DNA from: Meyerozyma guilliermondii
Lineage: Eukaryota
NCBI GenBank assembly: GCA_051546255.1
Contig: CP128819.1
Coordinates: forward strand, 62,001-126,000
Direction: 5' to 3'
Length of the DNA: 64,000 nt
Shown here: positions 32,901 to 42,845 of the stretch, in pieces
Position numbering within the stretch: position 1 is the first letter of the stretch
Layout of the letters: every line of letters starts with the position of its first letter
Translations under genes and position numbers: made by a program
Notes under the pieces: model-generated
Database searches by the model: none
Told to the model about the DNA's origin: nothing
Seen by the model: the letters and a program-made list of their open reading frames with translations, nothing else

Positions 32901-33074
32901 GTAAAGCATGAAAATACCCTCATGGTAACGCCGGTGTGCCTGGGACGACATGAGGGTGACAATAGGAACGAGTTCTGGCGACAATTCATCGAATTGGTCC
33001 TTTTCGGGCGAAAGCCGGGGATCGTGTTTTTTGCGGGGCGACAAGCTGCCCGATCTTAATTTGGCAAGATTCAT
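29976..33074 (-). CDS. SKG3: Skg3/Caf120-family PH-domain protein with Q/P-rich tail
   Basis: SPELVPIVTLMSSQAHRRYHEG, STTLKNRY, FGLYGRPKRL; ATG 33074. Confidence 0.82.
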   Translation of the reverse strand: MNLAKLRSGSLSPRKKHDPRLSPEKDQFDELSPELVPIVTLMSSQAHRRYHEGIFMLYYDLNGDGKPADREWKEVYGILTGNQLAYWDAAHLAEYRSNPEALLETSAKPNYINFTDSVYNAMKTLPAAKQNLDNVIIVSTTLKNRYIIQLKSYNELVNWYLALRLASYEYQSLQEAYTAALLSARGSRLLDIRTVLAEKRFDHEDWVSIRYGSGMAWKRCYAVVQPSTSKKKSFTPGRILFFENEQKKKKQLMAVVSNASSVTAVFPQSHMLIDHSTMLKLEGFINFKSPSLSTKTSKKSVDDFKNTSIFLMPEQHSSVPGFDTLIRFLMPLLDSFGLYGRPKRLKADRIDPESLLFGLPTLPRVHYLELSDLDKFAQTDSMFSWDVKQWNSNLKAIMKAKLDRGYEGCGSDRGVAGAVSSLSSPRMTSTSSGSTGTRSASSSVSRPVPPPKQSYDRSTSRSGSSDRLAGGFSSDLLPQTSSINKNYNNLKIQTPVTTAGSNNGMGLGIAGASAGTALAASSLNAPASNNHHKSVELADIYQKYLTLKTPSDQFRTDRNELLDKSPERFEESDLPVAFQSMHLGDKFVGSYPKEDIAFSDDDDDEGSALEVPTYGQRDSSYSSVQSPTTQYNEFNRQYASAVDHKKGPLHNVHYGLDDSLESSPPPPPAHTTSIAQSKPSLNLALSISNVPQGTPETAKGDHLSIHSQSAASGHSSPYSEEGDKNQDVHDPPYQSTSMGKVPKLPPVGKPKYITSPNMSQNLPSFQVDEERPYPAQELHVQRSRPQQQSQQPPQLQHQSQKPQPQSQFQPQQQPQSSSRPLRSAAPNPMPSSAPRYPRPEAEVVPQAPPQKKEYPQSLQFGYQPQAQPVPKAHGKRVLGYPQNYSQPGGLSQPPVQPNHGQPAYSQPTYGQPVYTQPAYGQPISPNYPKHQQQPPLGHHGHRKPPANYGIPPSATYQNVPQQRPVQQQGIPPSSSYRQYPQSANPSAMRSYNNPTQQQYQYQFQPQGQPRPHNPGQQPQNPGQHQPQHGRQF

Positions 33075-33618
33075 CAAAAAAGATCAGGGTTTTGTGTTCT
33101 AGGTTGAATGAGTGACTACAGTTTGTTTTCGGAGTTGTGGATCAGACCAGGTCCACCAGGATCAATTTTAAAAAGTCCCGTAAATTTTTAGCGACGAGGG
33201 ATCAAAGTTGGAGAACAAAATAAAAGGGTTTAACCAAGAGTTTGGTTCCCAATGGATACGATAGATCAGTGGTATGCGTAGGCAGCAAGTTCCTCTACCG
33301 CGTGGAGAGTATCACGAATTGTAAGTAATTTTGTTTGGTCGACAACAATGTGAACCGTATTTGTTGTGAGCCAAGATGTGGCGCCGCACGACCGTAATGG
33401 CAAATTGAGAAGAAGTAGCTGGTGGTAGTGGTGTTAGTGGGAGGTAGATGATGGTAGCTGGTAGTAGCGATGATAGGGAGCTGACAACAGTTTAGAGCAG
33501 TGTAGAGCAGTAGAGGAATAGCATTGTGTATTGGTGTACAATCCACATGATATTGCTGACTTAGCCGCCACAAGCGAGCGGCGCGCTTGCGATTGCAATC
33601 AGCGGCAGCCGCAAAACG

Positions 33619-33826
33619 GTGCGAATAATTGGGCTGTGAGGTGCGAATTAGCGGGCTGCGAGTGCGAAGTAGCGGCCGTGAGGTGCGAATTAGCGGGCTG
33701 CAAACGGTGCGATTAGGGCGGTGAAATATTTGGTGCGAGCGATTTAGCGGCAGAATTTGTGTGCGAGTTAGCGGCAGAATTACTGGTGCGAAATGAAAAT
33801 GGCTGCGAAGGCTGCGAAGGCTGCGA
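33619..33826. repeat. Degenerate GC-rich intergenic minisatellite (GTGCGA...TAGCGG units)
   Basis: GTGCGA at 33619, 33641, 33662, 33683, 33707, 33733, 33761, 33786; 24-bp direct repeat at 33636 and 33678; GGCTGCGA(A) x3 at 33801-33826. Confidence 0.8.
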
Positions 33827-33850
33827 CCTACGACTGCCATGGCCGCGCGA

Positions 33851-35044
33851 TCACTTGTGAGCCTTGGCAGCACGCAACATCTCCAACCCTGCCACCAACT
33901 CCCTTTCTGCCGTTGCCAAGTCGTCGTAATTGAGTGCGGAAATGGCAAATTTGGCGTGCTTTTGGATCTTGCTAATGTGGTCGCTGATATCGAGAATTTC
34001 ATTAATGGTTTCCTTGGTGACCGGCGCCTTTTGTTTTGCGACAGCCCTCGGTTTTTCTGGTTTGGGCGCAGGCTTGGCGGATTTGGCTTCTTCCTCGTTC
34101 TTGGCGTCTTCTGGTGTAAACATGTGGATAGGCGAGTCTTTGTTGACATGGGAAAGGTCGTCGGTAGGAAGATAAGTGGGAGCACCGGGAAGTCTAAGGT
34201 TGCTGTCGTCCTCTGGGGAAAAGTGAGGAGCACCAGGAAGCTTGGGAGAGGAAGAGGATGGAGAAGCTGAGGGTGAAGCGGGTGGTGAAGATACGGAAGG
34301 TGGTTCGGAAGAAGCATCGGGAAGATCAAACACAGTAGAGTTGGGACCCTCAGGGTCATTCTCTGGCACTTGTGTCTCCTTCGCATTGAGGTCATTGAGG
34401 TCATTATCGTCATGTTCATCCTTTTCCTCATTTTCGTCCTCTCCGTCTTTTTCACTCATCATCTTCAACTCCCTCTCCAATTCCTCATCATCTTCTTCAC
34501 CCTCCCCACCAACTTCATCTCTCATCACTCTCGTCAACTGGTACTTGAGGGTCTTGACCTTCTCGTTGTGGAGCTTGAAAAACTCGGCATTGGTGGTTGC
34601 TCGGCCCGCCGTCAATTGCCCAAAATCAATGCCTCCGTCATCACCAAACATGCCCACCAACGTCATGAAATTCAAAGCTGCTCTCATTCTCGCAACGGTA
34701 GCACTCTTCTTGGTGGCATCGTAGGTGGTGAGTCCTGAAAGACATGAATTGTAAAGTTTGTAGGCAAAAGTCACCACCGCACTAATCAGAAGCATTTTGT
34801 CATTCAACACTTTCCGAATACTTTCATCTTCTGAGTTCTTGATCGCTTCAGTTTCATCCAAGAGACTCACAGTGAACTCACCCACTTCCAGGCTGGTGGT
34901 ATGAAGCTTATTGGAGAGAATATACTCAAGCACATAAAGACGGCAATAGTAGGATATCACTGGGTTGACATCAGCAAGCTCACGGGCTCTAGCCATGAAT
35001 GGCGCCACGGACTTGTCCGACTTGAGGGATTCAGGAACGGACAT
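33851..35044 (-). CDS. VTA1: Vps4 cofactor, MVB sorting
   Basis: N-terminal MIT region (PVISYYCRLY), C-terminal VSL motif QKHAKFAISALNYDD. Confidence 0.92.
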   Translation of the reverse strand: MSVPESLKSDKSVAPFMARARELADVNPVISYYCRLYVLEYILSNKLHTTSLEVGEFTVSLLDETEAIKNSEDESIRKVLNDKMLLISAVVTFAYKLYNSCLSGLTTYDATKKSATVARMRAALNFMTLVGMFGDDGGIDFGQLTAGRATTNAEFFKLHNEKVKTLKYQLTRVMRDEVGGEGEEDDEELERELKMMSEKDGEDENEEKDEHDDNDLNDLNAKETQVPENDPEGPNSTVFDLPDASSEPPSVSSPPASPSASPSSSSPKLPGAPHFSPEDDSNLRLPGAPTYLPTDDLSHVNKDSPIHMFTPEDAKNEEEAKSAKPAPKPEKPRAVAKQKAPVTKETINEILDISDHISKIQKHAKFAISALNYDDLATAERELVAGLEMLRAAKAHK

Positions 35045-35243
35045 AAAATGGAAGGTATTACTTGTTGATTGGTTAATTGGTTAACTGTTTAACGGTTAAT
35101 TGGTATGTGTAGATAGGATTGAGTTTAATGCGAATCTAAATCTCTGTGCGAACTTATATAGTATAATTTGTGCGAGATACAGTTTAGATAAATACAGTTC
35201 TGTGCAATAAATACAAGTAATATGTGCAAGTAATATAAGAGGG

Positions 35244-35651
35244 TCACAACTCGGGCATCCGCATGATTTCCCGGTCCTCATTTTGTGCATCCTTTTGAAG
35301 CATTTTCAAAATTTCACTGTCTTTCCACCGGTCCGGAAGCGGAGTCACATCGTAGTTTTTGGTGGCCCAGTAGTAGATATCCCAGTCCGGTTCATCCAAA
35401 AGCTGGTCGTACTCGTCGAGCTGGCTATCGCTGAGACTATCCAAATGTTTTTTCGCAAATCTAGAAAGTAACAAATCACTTTCCAAAATTCCTCTCTTTC
35501 TTGATTGGTACACCAACCGGGCTTTTTTTGTCTCCCGGGTCTCTCCCGTGCGCTTGATAGGCTCTATCCGCATCGACAGCGACGCATTGTACGCTGGGTT
35601 CTGTGGCTTGCCGTAATTAAGGCATCTGATGGCTATTCTACGAACAGACAT
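35244..35651 (-). CDS. SDH5: Succinate dehydrogenase assembly factor 2
   Basis: [18 protein letters not shown]...[15 protein letters not shown] 35651. Confidence 0.95.
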   Translation of the reverse strand: MSVRRIAIRCLNYGKPQNPAYNASLSMRIEPIKRTGETRETKKARLVYQSRKRGILESDLLLSRFAKKHLDSLSDSQLDEYDQLLDEPDWDIYYWATKNYDVTPLPDRWKDSEILKMLQKDAQNEDREIMRMPEL

Positions 35652-35765
35652 TAGTGATCGCAACCAATCGATGAATTTTGACCCCAGACACCCGGACACC
35701 CACTGTACTGCACAAATTCAGTTACTATTGTACACCTGACTACAACTCACTGTTATACACTTACC

Positions 35766-36341
35766 ATGGGCAAAACGGTGTCAAAACTCTCCAAAGAGGA
35801 CCTCCGGTCGCTCAGACTGGCCACGTATTTCGATAAGCGTGAACTCCAGCAATGGTACAAAGGTTTCTTGAGAGATTGTCCGCTGGGTCAACTTTCCGAA
35901 GAAGAGTTTGCCAAAGTTTTCAAACAATTTTTCCCATTTGGAGACCCGGTGGAATACTGTCATTACTTGTTTCGGGTGTTCGATGTGGACAATTCCAAAT
36001 ATATCGACTTTAAGGAGTTTATAATTGCATTGAGTATAACCAGTCGAGGGACGATGGACCAGAAAATGAACTGGAGTTTTAAATTGTACGACCACCGCAA
36101 GACGGGAAAGATAACTTACAATGATATGCTAGAGGTGGTGGCTGCCACCTACAAAATGATAGGACCGATGGTATCGCTTCCTGATGATGAAAAAACCCCC
36201 GATGCTCGCACCACCAAATTCTTTACTCTTCTTGATAAAAATCCCGAAACTGATACCATCAATCTCGATGAATTCAAGCGGTTGCTGAAACTCGATCCTT
36301 CCATAGCCAACTCCATCAATGCCTACGAGGGGTTGGTGTAA
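35766..36341 (+). CDS. FRQ1: Frequenin / NCS-1 EF-hand protein
   Basis: MGKTVSKLS myristoylation site, ELQQWYKGFLRDCP(S)G, EF hands. Confidence 0.95.
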   Translation: MGKTVSKLSKEDLRSLRLATYFDKRELQQWYKGFLRDCPLGQLSEEEFAKVFKQFFPFGDPVEYCHYLFRVFDVDNSKYIDFKEFIIALSITSRGTMDQKMNWSFKLYDHRKTGKITYNDMLEVVAATYKMIGPMVSLPDDEKTPDARTTKFFTLLDKNPETDTINLDEFKRLLKLDPSIANSINAYEGLV

Positions 36342-36379
36342 TGTACCATAGTCCTAAATACCATAGTTCATCTAATAAC

Positions 36380-38500
36380 TCATTGCTGTGCTTCCACGGT
36401 ATCCAAGAGCCCATCCAACAACTCGTCCACCTCATCAATGGGCACCCCAGTACAGTGGCTCACCACCTTTTTGAATTTGGCCGTGAGCTGGCTATAGTCA
36501 GTCAATGCCTTGAGTTCGGTTTCCATGGTGCTGTTGATCTCCTCGTAAGCCTTGATCCGTGCCTGGAGCACCGCGGCCGACGGTAACTCGTCCATTGTCT
36601 CGGGACCAGGTTCTTCAACTTCTTCTATTCCATCTCCCAATTTGTCGTAGAGCGCTCGTATACGAAAAGGCTCGTCAGCATCGAAATCGGCGTCGTCATC
36701 ATCACTGATATTGGCATCGGGAACCTCCTGTTTAGTGGTGGAGATTTTTTCGTTGATGTTGTTGAGTTGAAGCTTAAGATTGTCGAGAAAAGCCAAATTG
36801 TCGGCAATTTTGCGTGAGATGAACCGGTTATTAGCAGTGACAATGGTCAGATCACGAAGCGCCTTATTCAATTCGTTCACCAGCTGTTTCTTGGACTCGA
36901 TTATTGCTTCATATTCCAGACTGGTTGACGCAAGAAGCTCTTGTATGCTATTATAAATCTTGCCAGAAGCCGATTCTGGCGTTTGTGATCGTGGTTGGCC
37001 ATTGGATGTATGTGAAGTTTTGTGGGTTTCTGGACCGTCGTTAATTCCAAGCTCTTGGTTTTTATCCATTACTTCAAGGCCTGAACGTATAAGCTCCACA
37101 ATATAGTCTCCTTTTTCTACCGAAGATCCTCTCACCACATCTTTCACGATGTCAAAGTCTATAGGCTTGACGCCCTGCTTGTTGGCTACGTTGACATCAG
37201 CCCGTAACTCAACCAACACTTGCACGAGCCAGCGCGCTTCCGTTTCTGCTGCAATGTGAAGACAGGTGTTGCCGTGAGTGTCTTCTTGACCAGGAACGAT
37301 ATCTTCGCAAAGCCTTCTGAGCCCTCCAGATTGTACGATATAGTCGATTATTTGGTTTGTGTATGCCCTGGTGGAATCAGGCTTTGCCGAAGCTTGAGAT
37401 GCCAAGTGGTGAAGAACAGAACGCCGCTGGTTATCCACAAGCCAGAGACACGGGTACAACCAGTTTTTGAGAAGGGTGGAAAAGTTTCCCTTTTCCATGG
37501 CATTGGTGACGGTTATGGCAGATATCAAAGGAGTTTCACCGTCAGACGTTCCTCTTATGGGAGACGTGAGTCCTAGTCCTACAAATGCACCCACTAGGTT
37601 TGTGACAGCCAAGGTGGCAGCAAAATGAAGCGCGGTTTTGCCATTCAGGTCTAAAGGTATATCGGTCACCGCCAAGAGGTGCGATTGGTGTCGAGAGATG
37701 ATCGACTCAAAGATCTTTTGGATGGAGTCCATGGTGTGTGCGACGTCACTGTTGAACACCTCGCCGTATTTGGCCTTGATGGTGGATACCAAGTCGTCGT
37801 TTTTGTCGTCGAGCGAGAGAGGAGGCTCGGCAAACGGGTAGTTTGTGGAAATCGAAACCGCCGATGTAGATACCAGATTAGAGTTGGGTTCACTAGACGT
37901 CAGTTTGGAGTCCAGGGCTTTTCTCTTTTTTGGCGAGCCTGCCGCCACGTCCACGCCGTAGCCTTCAGCGAGCGAGCGCTTCTCTTGTTTGGGAAGTCTG
38001 TCGTAGTCATGTACATCAATTAAAAAGAGTTTTTTCGCAAACTCGTAAATATCAAACCGCAACGCAAGTGCCACTGCTCTGTCGTACGAAACCCACAAAC
38101 CCTGAAGCATGGGGTTCTCATGGCTCCGGAAATCATTGTAGAACACCGATCCTTCAATCGAACCGGTGTAATGGCTGCTGGAAAGAATTTCGTTACTCAA
38201 AAAACTCGAAATTTGATCAGGATTTGAATGTCCAAGTCGGACCAAAATGGAAAAAAGTTGCGATACATTGACGAACGAGTCCTGGACGCGCCGAAGTATC
38301 ACCAAACTATCTTTATTGACATCTTTAGAATCGTTTTTGGTATCATTTTCGCCCACTTTCAAGTTCAATTGAATGAACTTTTGCCCAGCATAAACCGCCG
38401 AGCTAATCAGAGTCAGACACGTGGCGCTGAGATGTGTCCCTCGGAGCTGGTGCTGTATCGACGACGTGGTCATGTCGCCTATTTGCTGGGGAGAATCCAT
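36380..38500 (-). CDS. SWI6: SBF/MBF co-activator (APSES-like + ankyrin repeats)
   Basis: VILRRVQDSFVNVSQL, GKTALHFAATL, GNTCLHIAAE, C-terminal FKKVVSHCTGVPIDEVDELLDGLL; first ATG 38500. Confidence 0.9.
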   Translation of the reverse strand: MDSPQQIGDMTTSSIQHQLRGTHLSATCLTLISSAVYAGQKFIQLNLKVGENDTKNDSKDVNKDSLVILRRVQDSFVNVSQLFSILVRLGHSNPDQISSFLSNEILSSSHYTGSIEGSVFYNDFRSHENPMLQGLWVSYDRAVALALRFDIYEFAKKLFLIDVHDYDRLPKQEKRSLAEGYGVDVAAGSPKKRKALDSKLTSSEPNSNLVSTSAVSISTNYPFAEPPLSLDDKNDDLVSTIKAKYGEVFNSDVAHTMDSIQKIFESIISRHQSHLLAVTDIPLDLNGKTALHFAATLAVTNLVGAFVGLGLTSPIRGTSDGETPLISAITVTNAMEKGNFSTLLKNWLYPCLWLVDNQRRSVLHHLASQASAKPDSTRAYTNQIIDYIVQSGGLRRLCEDIVPGQEDTHGNTCLHIAAETEARWLVQVLVELRADVNVANKQGVKPIDFDIVKDVVRGSSVEKGDYIVELIRSGLEVMDKNQELGINDGPETHKTSHTSNGQPRSQTPESASGKIYNSIQELLASTSLEYEAIIESKKQLVNELNKALRDLTIVTANNRFISRKIADNLAFLDNLKLQLNNINEKISTTKQEVPDANISDDDDADFDADEPFRIRALYDKLGDGIEEVEEPGPETMDELPSAAVLQARIKAYEEINSTMETELKALTDYSQLTAKFKKVVSHCTGVPIDEVDELLDGLLDTVEAQQ

Positions 38501-38624
38501 GAAGACGTGTTGAGCGTTCGCGCGGACGGTTAAAGCGGCCGCACCGGTGCACCAGAAACTTACTACACCCAGCACCAGTTTTGCGGCATCTCAACTGTTG
38601 TAGACTTTAATCACTAATCAGTTA

Positions 38625-39305
38625 ATGGACTACTCCGGCCGGGTGAACGCCAAAAAAGGCGGCGGTGGTGTTGCTGATACCGCAGAGACAAACGCTCATA
38701 CAAAAAGACGCTTACAGGAACTTTTAACGACACATGTTCTAGACATCGAATCAGACCCTTACGTCTTCAGGAATCATTTAGGTATACTAGAGTGTCGTCT
38801 TTGCTCCACAACTCATGTTAACGAAGCCTCTTATATCTCTCACCTTAGTGGACGAAAACACCAGCTCAATCTTGAAAAAAGACGACGGCTTGATCAGCGA
38901 GCCAGTGGAGAAACAGGACCGGTTTCTTTCAGTATTAACAGCATTCCCAAACGAACATGGACCAAAATCGGCAAGCCGGCGTTCAAAATGACCAAAATCT
39001 GCGATCCCAATACTTCTCGTATGGGAATCTTGGTGACGGTGAAATGCCCCAAAGCCGTCGATGAACCGATGTTTCGTTTGATGTCTTATTACGAACTCAC
39101 GGCTTACAACCAAAAAGCAGTCGACACAAAGAACCCAGAAAAATACCTTTATTTGGTTGTTTCGGCTGAACCGTACGAAAACATAGCTATGGCCATTCCT
39201 AATCGACCCATAATCAAGCCTGATATGGACCAAATGTCAGACGATTATTGGTGGTACTGGGACCACGATACGAAGGAGTTTGTGGTTCAGATTGTGTACA
39301 AATGA
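38625..39305 (+). CDS. PRP11: U2 snRNP SF3a subunit
   Basis: DPYVFRNHLGILECRLCSTTHVNEASYISHLSGRKHQLNL (U1-type Zn finger); SAEPYENIA. Confidence 0.93.
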   Translation: MDYSGRVNAKKGGGGVADTAETNAHTKRRLQELLTTHVLDIESDPYVFRNHLGILECRLCSTTHVNEASYISHLSGRKHQLNLEKRRRLDQRASGETGPVSFSINSIPKRTWTKIGKPAFKMTKICDPNTSRMGILVTVKCPKAVDEPMFRLMSYYELTAYNQKAVDTKNPEKYLYLVVSAEPYENIAMAIPNRPIIKPDMDQMSDDYWWYWDHDTKEFVVQIVYK

Positions 39306-39453
39306 GAAAAGGAGAAAGAAAGAAAAGAAGAAAGAAAAGAAGAAGAACCGAAAGTCAAGTTATTAATGGTCAATTTAATTCTGATCTTCTTTTCGGTTCG
39401 TCCTGCATATTGCCACCCCCACCTCACCAGTTTGTTTCCGAACAACCGCTGTA

Positions 39454-40296
39454 ATGAGTGTTAGTCCCGCCACCTTTCTCGAACGATGTAGAGAAGCCCA
39501 CGAGCTAGTCCAAGGTTTCCTCAGCGATACACTTCCTTGGGGCTTGGTTCCAGCCCGGCATAAGGACTATCAATACGACCAAAATCGTCGAGAAGGAGCG
39601 AAAAATAAAATCAAAAAGAGCCTTCAAGTTCTTCAAACCGCAGTTAAGCGCCATGGGTAAGTTTACTATAAAGTTCCACTTCAAAAGATTTCTAACACCA
39701 GACTTTCCGAGATCGCTATTTCGTATAATGGTGGAAAAGACTGTTTAGTCATGCTAATTCTAGTACTAGCTTGCATATACACTACAGATCCGGACCATAT
39801 ACCCCACCATTATAAACTCAATTCCATCTATATCAACTCGGAAATGCCGTTTCCAGACCTTGCCCGGTTTATTACCGACTCAGCCGCTCATTACCATCTA
39901 GAACATAAGACTCTTCAAGCACCATTAAAAGAAGGTTTTGAACAATACTTGCATGAAATCAATGTGGATTGTAAAACCATCATTGTTGGCATTCGATACA
40001 CCGACCCATACGGATCGAACTTAGAGTATGAACAAATGACAGACCATAACTGGCCATCGTTTCTTCGTATACACCCAATACTCCATTGGAACTATGTGGA
40101 TATATGGGATTTTTTGGTGGGTTGCAACGTGGAATACTGTCACATGTACGATTTGGGATACACCAGTTTAGGAGGAATCGACAATACGGTGCCAAATCCG
40201 TATTTGAAGCGGGATGACAAGTATCTTCCGGCGTATATGTTGTACGACCAAGCTGACGAGCGCGAGCGACTCGGCCGGCAAAAGGCGAGGAAGTGA
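39454..40296 (+). CDS. FAD1: FAD synthetase, spliced: exons 39454-39656 and 39702-40296
   Basis: GG|GTAAGT...TTCTAAC ACCAG|A CTT joins two track ORFs and restores ISYNGGKDC; GIRYTDP, YDLGYTSLGG, ERLGR motifs; 45-nt intron. Confidence 0.93.
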
Positions 40297-40390
40297 AATA
40301 ATAGGAAAGAGTGGAAATAAGTGGAAGAGTTTCTTCAGATTCTTCCAATTTCTTTTCCAGTTCTTTCTTCAATTTCTTTCTTCCAGTCCT

Positions 40391-41149
40391 TTACCCCACG
40401 CTGCCGCGCCGCGCAGACTTGCTGGCGCTAGCACTGTTGACGAGAATCTGCTTAAAGTACGGCTCACTCAACGGCCCCACGCCGATTTTCCCCAACGCCT
40501 TTTCAGCACTGGTATTGCCTATTGGTGCCGTATTAGGCTGGCCCTGAAGATTACGCAACTTCATAATCAATTCCACTTCCTTCCGGTTATTTTCATCAAT
40601 TAGGTTCTGTAGGTACTGGAGATACTCCACTGATTTGGTAAGAATCTGGCCCTTATTAGGCTTTCCATCTTTGGTGCCTGAATTTTTCACTGCCGCCGTA
40701 ATTTCTGCTTCTTGGTCATACGCCTGATTCCCTGTGTGAGCGACCGGCGCTGTTTCCTGGAAAAACTCAGGAGGAATCAATGTGAGCAATTCCTGAATTC
40801 TGTCATTGATATTGTCTCGCCGTTTCCGTTCGTTGCCTTGGCCGTCTTCATCGTCATCTTCGTCGTCATTTTCTTCTTCGGATTTCATCGCTATTACGCT
40901 ATTTTTCCGTGAATGTGGCTTCGAGATGCCGCCGCTACTGCTTGAAGGACCGCTAGCTCCATAAAGTGACTGAGAAAGCTGCTTTTTAATATCCCCTGAC
41001 TTGGGAATAAGTTTTTCTGCTGGCTCTGTTTTGATAATTGGGTTCCCCAGAACCCGAGCCCTGGAGTCGGGAGACGTCGAGCTGGACGCTGACCCGTTTG
41101 CAGACGCGGAATTGGACTGGTACGTGTTCAAACCTAGATACTCTGACAT
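40391..41149 (-). CDS. RTG1: bHLH-Zip retrograde transcription factor
   Basis: ERKRRDNINDRIQELLTLIP...GTKDGKPNKGQILTKSVEYLQYLQNLIDENNRKEVEL; ATG 41149. Confidence 0.9.
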   Translation of the reverse strand: MSEYLGLNTYQSNSASANGSASSSTSPDSRARVLGNPIIKTEPAEKLIPKSGDIKKQLSQSLYGASGPSSSSGGISKPHSRKNSVIAMKSEEENDDEDDDEDGQGNERKRRDNINDRIQELLTLIPPEFFQETAPVAHTGNQAYDQEAEITAAVKNSGTKDGKPNKGQILTKSVEYLQYLQNLIDENNRKEVELIMKLRNLQGQPNTAPIGNTSAEKALGKIGVGPLSEPYFKQILVNSASASKSARRGSVG

Positions 41150-41625
41150 GAAGTTGGGGTTGAGTTGAGAAAGAAAGTGTAGGTTGTGTGCAGGTGACCG
41201 CGAAAACAAATTTAAGGAACAGAAATTACCTAACTCAGATATGCAGTTATACACAGTTTCAGTTTGTCAGTTTACTAGTTTATATTATACAAATGAGCTG
41301 AGTGTCAACCAGAACGCCAGATAATGCTACTGTGAACATCTTATTGCAGTCTTAAGTATGATTGTAGATTGGACACATTCAGAAATAACTACTATGAATT
41401 GCAATTCAAAATTTTAGTCTAAAACTTTACAAAATAGTTAATAATTGAACTGATACAGATTACTGGGCAGTTGGCAGGCGTATACTCTGCTTAGAAGTGT
41501 AATATCTGGTATGGTGCAAGTTTCTATGGTTTATGTACAGTATGATATTAATAATCGGTAAAGTGGTACTGGGAAGTGGTGATATCTAGTAAAGGGTGGT
41601 GGTATCAGATAAGGGGTGGTGGTGG

Positions 41626-42792
41626 CTATTGCAACTGCCGCGCTAATGTCGCCAACTTCTTCTCCAAACTTTCCACCCGAATATCGTCTTGTCGCGACCA
41701 GATTGGAGAGTTCATAGTGCCCATTTTCATGCCATAGTACTCCACAATAATGCTCTTGAGAATGTGGAACGTGTGGTAGTCGCCAGTGAACCCGTTTCCT
41801 ACCATTTCAAAGTATAGTTTTTCCACGGTGTAAAGATCCATAGTATTCACCCATGCTATCTTCATCATCTCATTGAACGTTTTTTGGTTGCAACATATAG
41901 TATAGATGTGAATATGGCTTTTGAGCCGGTTGAATATCGTGAAGGCGAGAACCCCGTCTCCTGAAGCTGAGAGACGAGCTATACACTTGTTGAATAGGAT
42001 AGGTAAGGTGAAGATGTTAAGTGATGGTTTTTCTGGTTGAGCTTCACTAGTAGCCTTGACTTTGTCAATAAACTTGGTGTGGCTCTCAGTGATCCTTTTG
42101 CCTTTGCTGTTGAGGATTTTGTTGAGATATATCGATTCTTGAACTTGTCCATCATTTTTTGCAGCACTGTCTTGTGCGAGCCATCTGTCAAGAGTGCTCA
42201 GAAGAAACTCCGTGACCTCCTGGCTGGTCGGAAGGCTCTGTATATAGTCCAGTGTGGCACTCAATGCATTATCCGTCATGGTAAAGACGTCGTCTCTGAT
42301 TTTTTCAGATACAGAATGGATTCGAGAACTGCGAAAAGTTGGCTGATTTATACCTTTTAAAATGTTCTCTGGGGATTCTTTGGGCTCTGAATCAATATAC
42401 GAGGTGAATATTCTTTGAAATAAATTCTTTTCCTCGTTAATAATTTGTTCGTTGCGATCAAGGTGCTCTTCTTGTTCTTGTTGGACTTTTCCAAAAAGCA
42501 GTTCGAGGTCGTTTTCCAACTGGTTTTCACGATTCAAAGGCTCTTTTGTAATCTCTTGGTTATTGCTTGGACTCTTTTCATCATTTTGGGGTTCGTTAAA
42601 CAAGTCCAAATCACGTAATAATTGATCGAGCTCTAGTTTCTCACCACTTGAAGCTGACGGTCCCATATTGGATCTATGACTATTCATGCGTAGAGAGAGC
42701 ACGTTTGTGTGGTATAGAGGCCGCGTCCAGGGTCGCAAGCTCCTCCATGGTTGTGTTCGTACAAACATAAGTGTTGAAATTTGCGATGGCAT
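41626..42792 (-). CDS. MTF2: Mitochondrial RNA-processing/translation factor Mtf2-like
   Basis: Arg-rich presequence-like start; C-terminal CNQKTFNEMMKIAW...EMVGNGFTGD; lies with FAD1/PRP11/SIR2 as in S. cerevisiae. Confidence 0.7.
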   Translation of the reverse strand: MPSQISTLMFVRTQPWRSLRPWTRPLYHTNVLSLRMNSHRSNMGPSASSGEKLELDQLLRDLDLFNEPQNDEKSPSNNQEITKEPLNRENQLENDLELLFGKVQQEQEEHLDRNEQIINEEKNLFQRIFTSYIDSEPKESPENILKGINQPTFRSSRIHSVSEKIRDDVFTMTDNALSATLDYIQSLPTSQEVTEFLLSTLDRWLAQDSAAKNDGQVQESIYLNKILNSKGKRITESHTKFIDKVKATSEAQPEKPSLNIFTLPILFNKCIARLSASGDGVLAFTIFNRLKSHIHIYTICCNQKTFNEMMKIAWVNTMDLYTVEKLYFEMVGNGFTGDYHTFHILKSIIVEYYGMKMGTMNSPIWSRQDDIRVESLEKKLATLARQLQ

Positions 42793-42845
42793 TCCTGCAT
42801 TTTCAAAAGTGGCCTATATGTAGGGAAACCTGTCCCTCTATCTAT

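Noticed and set aside
33619..33826. Repeat array as CRISPR-like or telomeric repeat
   Set aside because: Eukaryotic context, degenerate units without unique spacers, no cas genes, and no perfect tandem telomere-type unit.
33295..34455. 386-aa minus-strand ORF overlapping VTA1 and the GTGCGA array
   Set aside because: Alternative frame of VTA1 extended through GC-rich repeats; low-complexity product without motifs.
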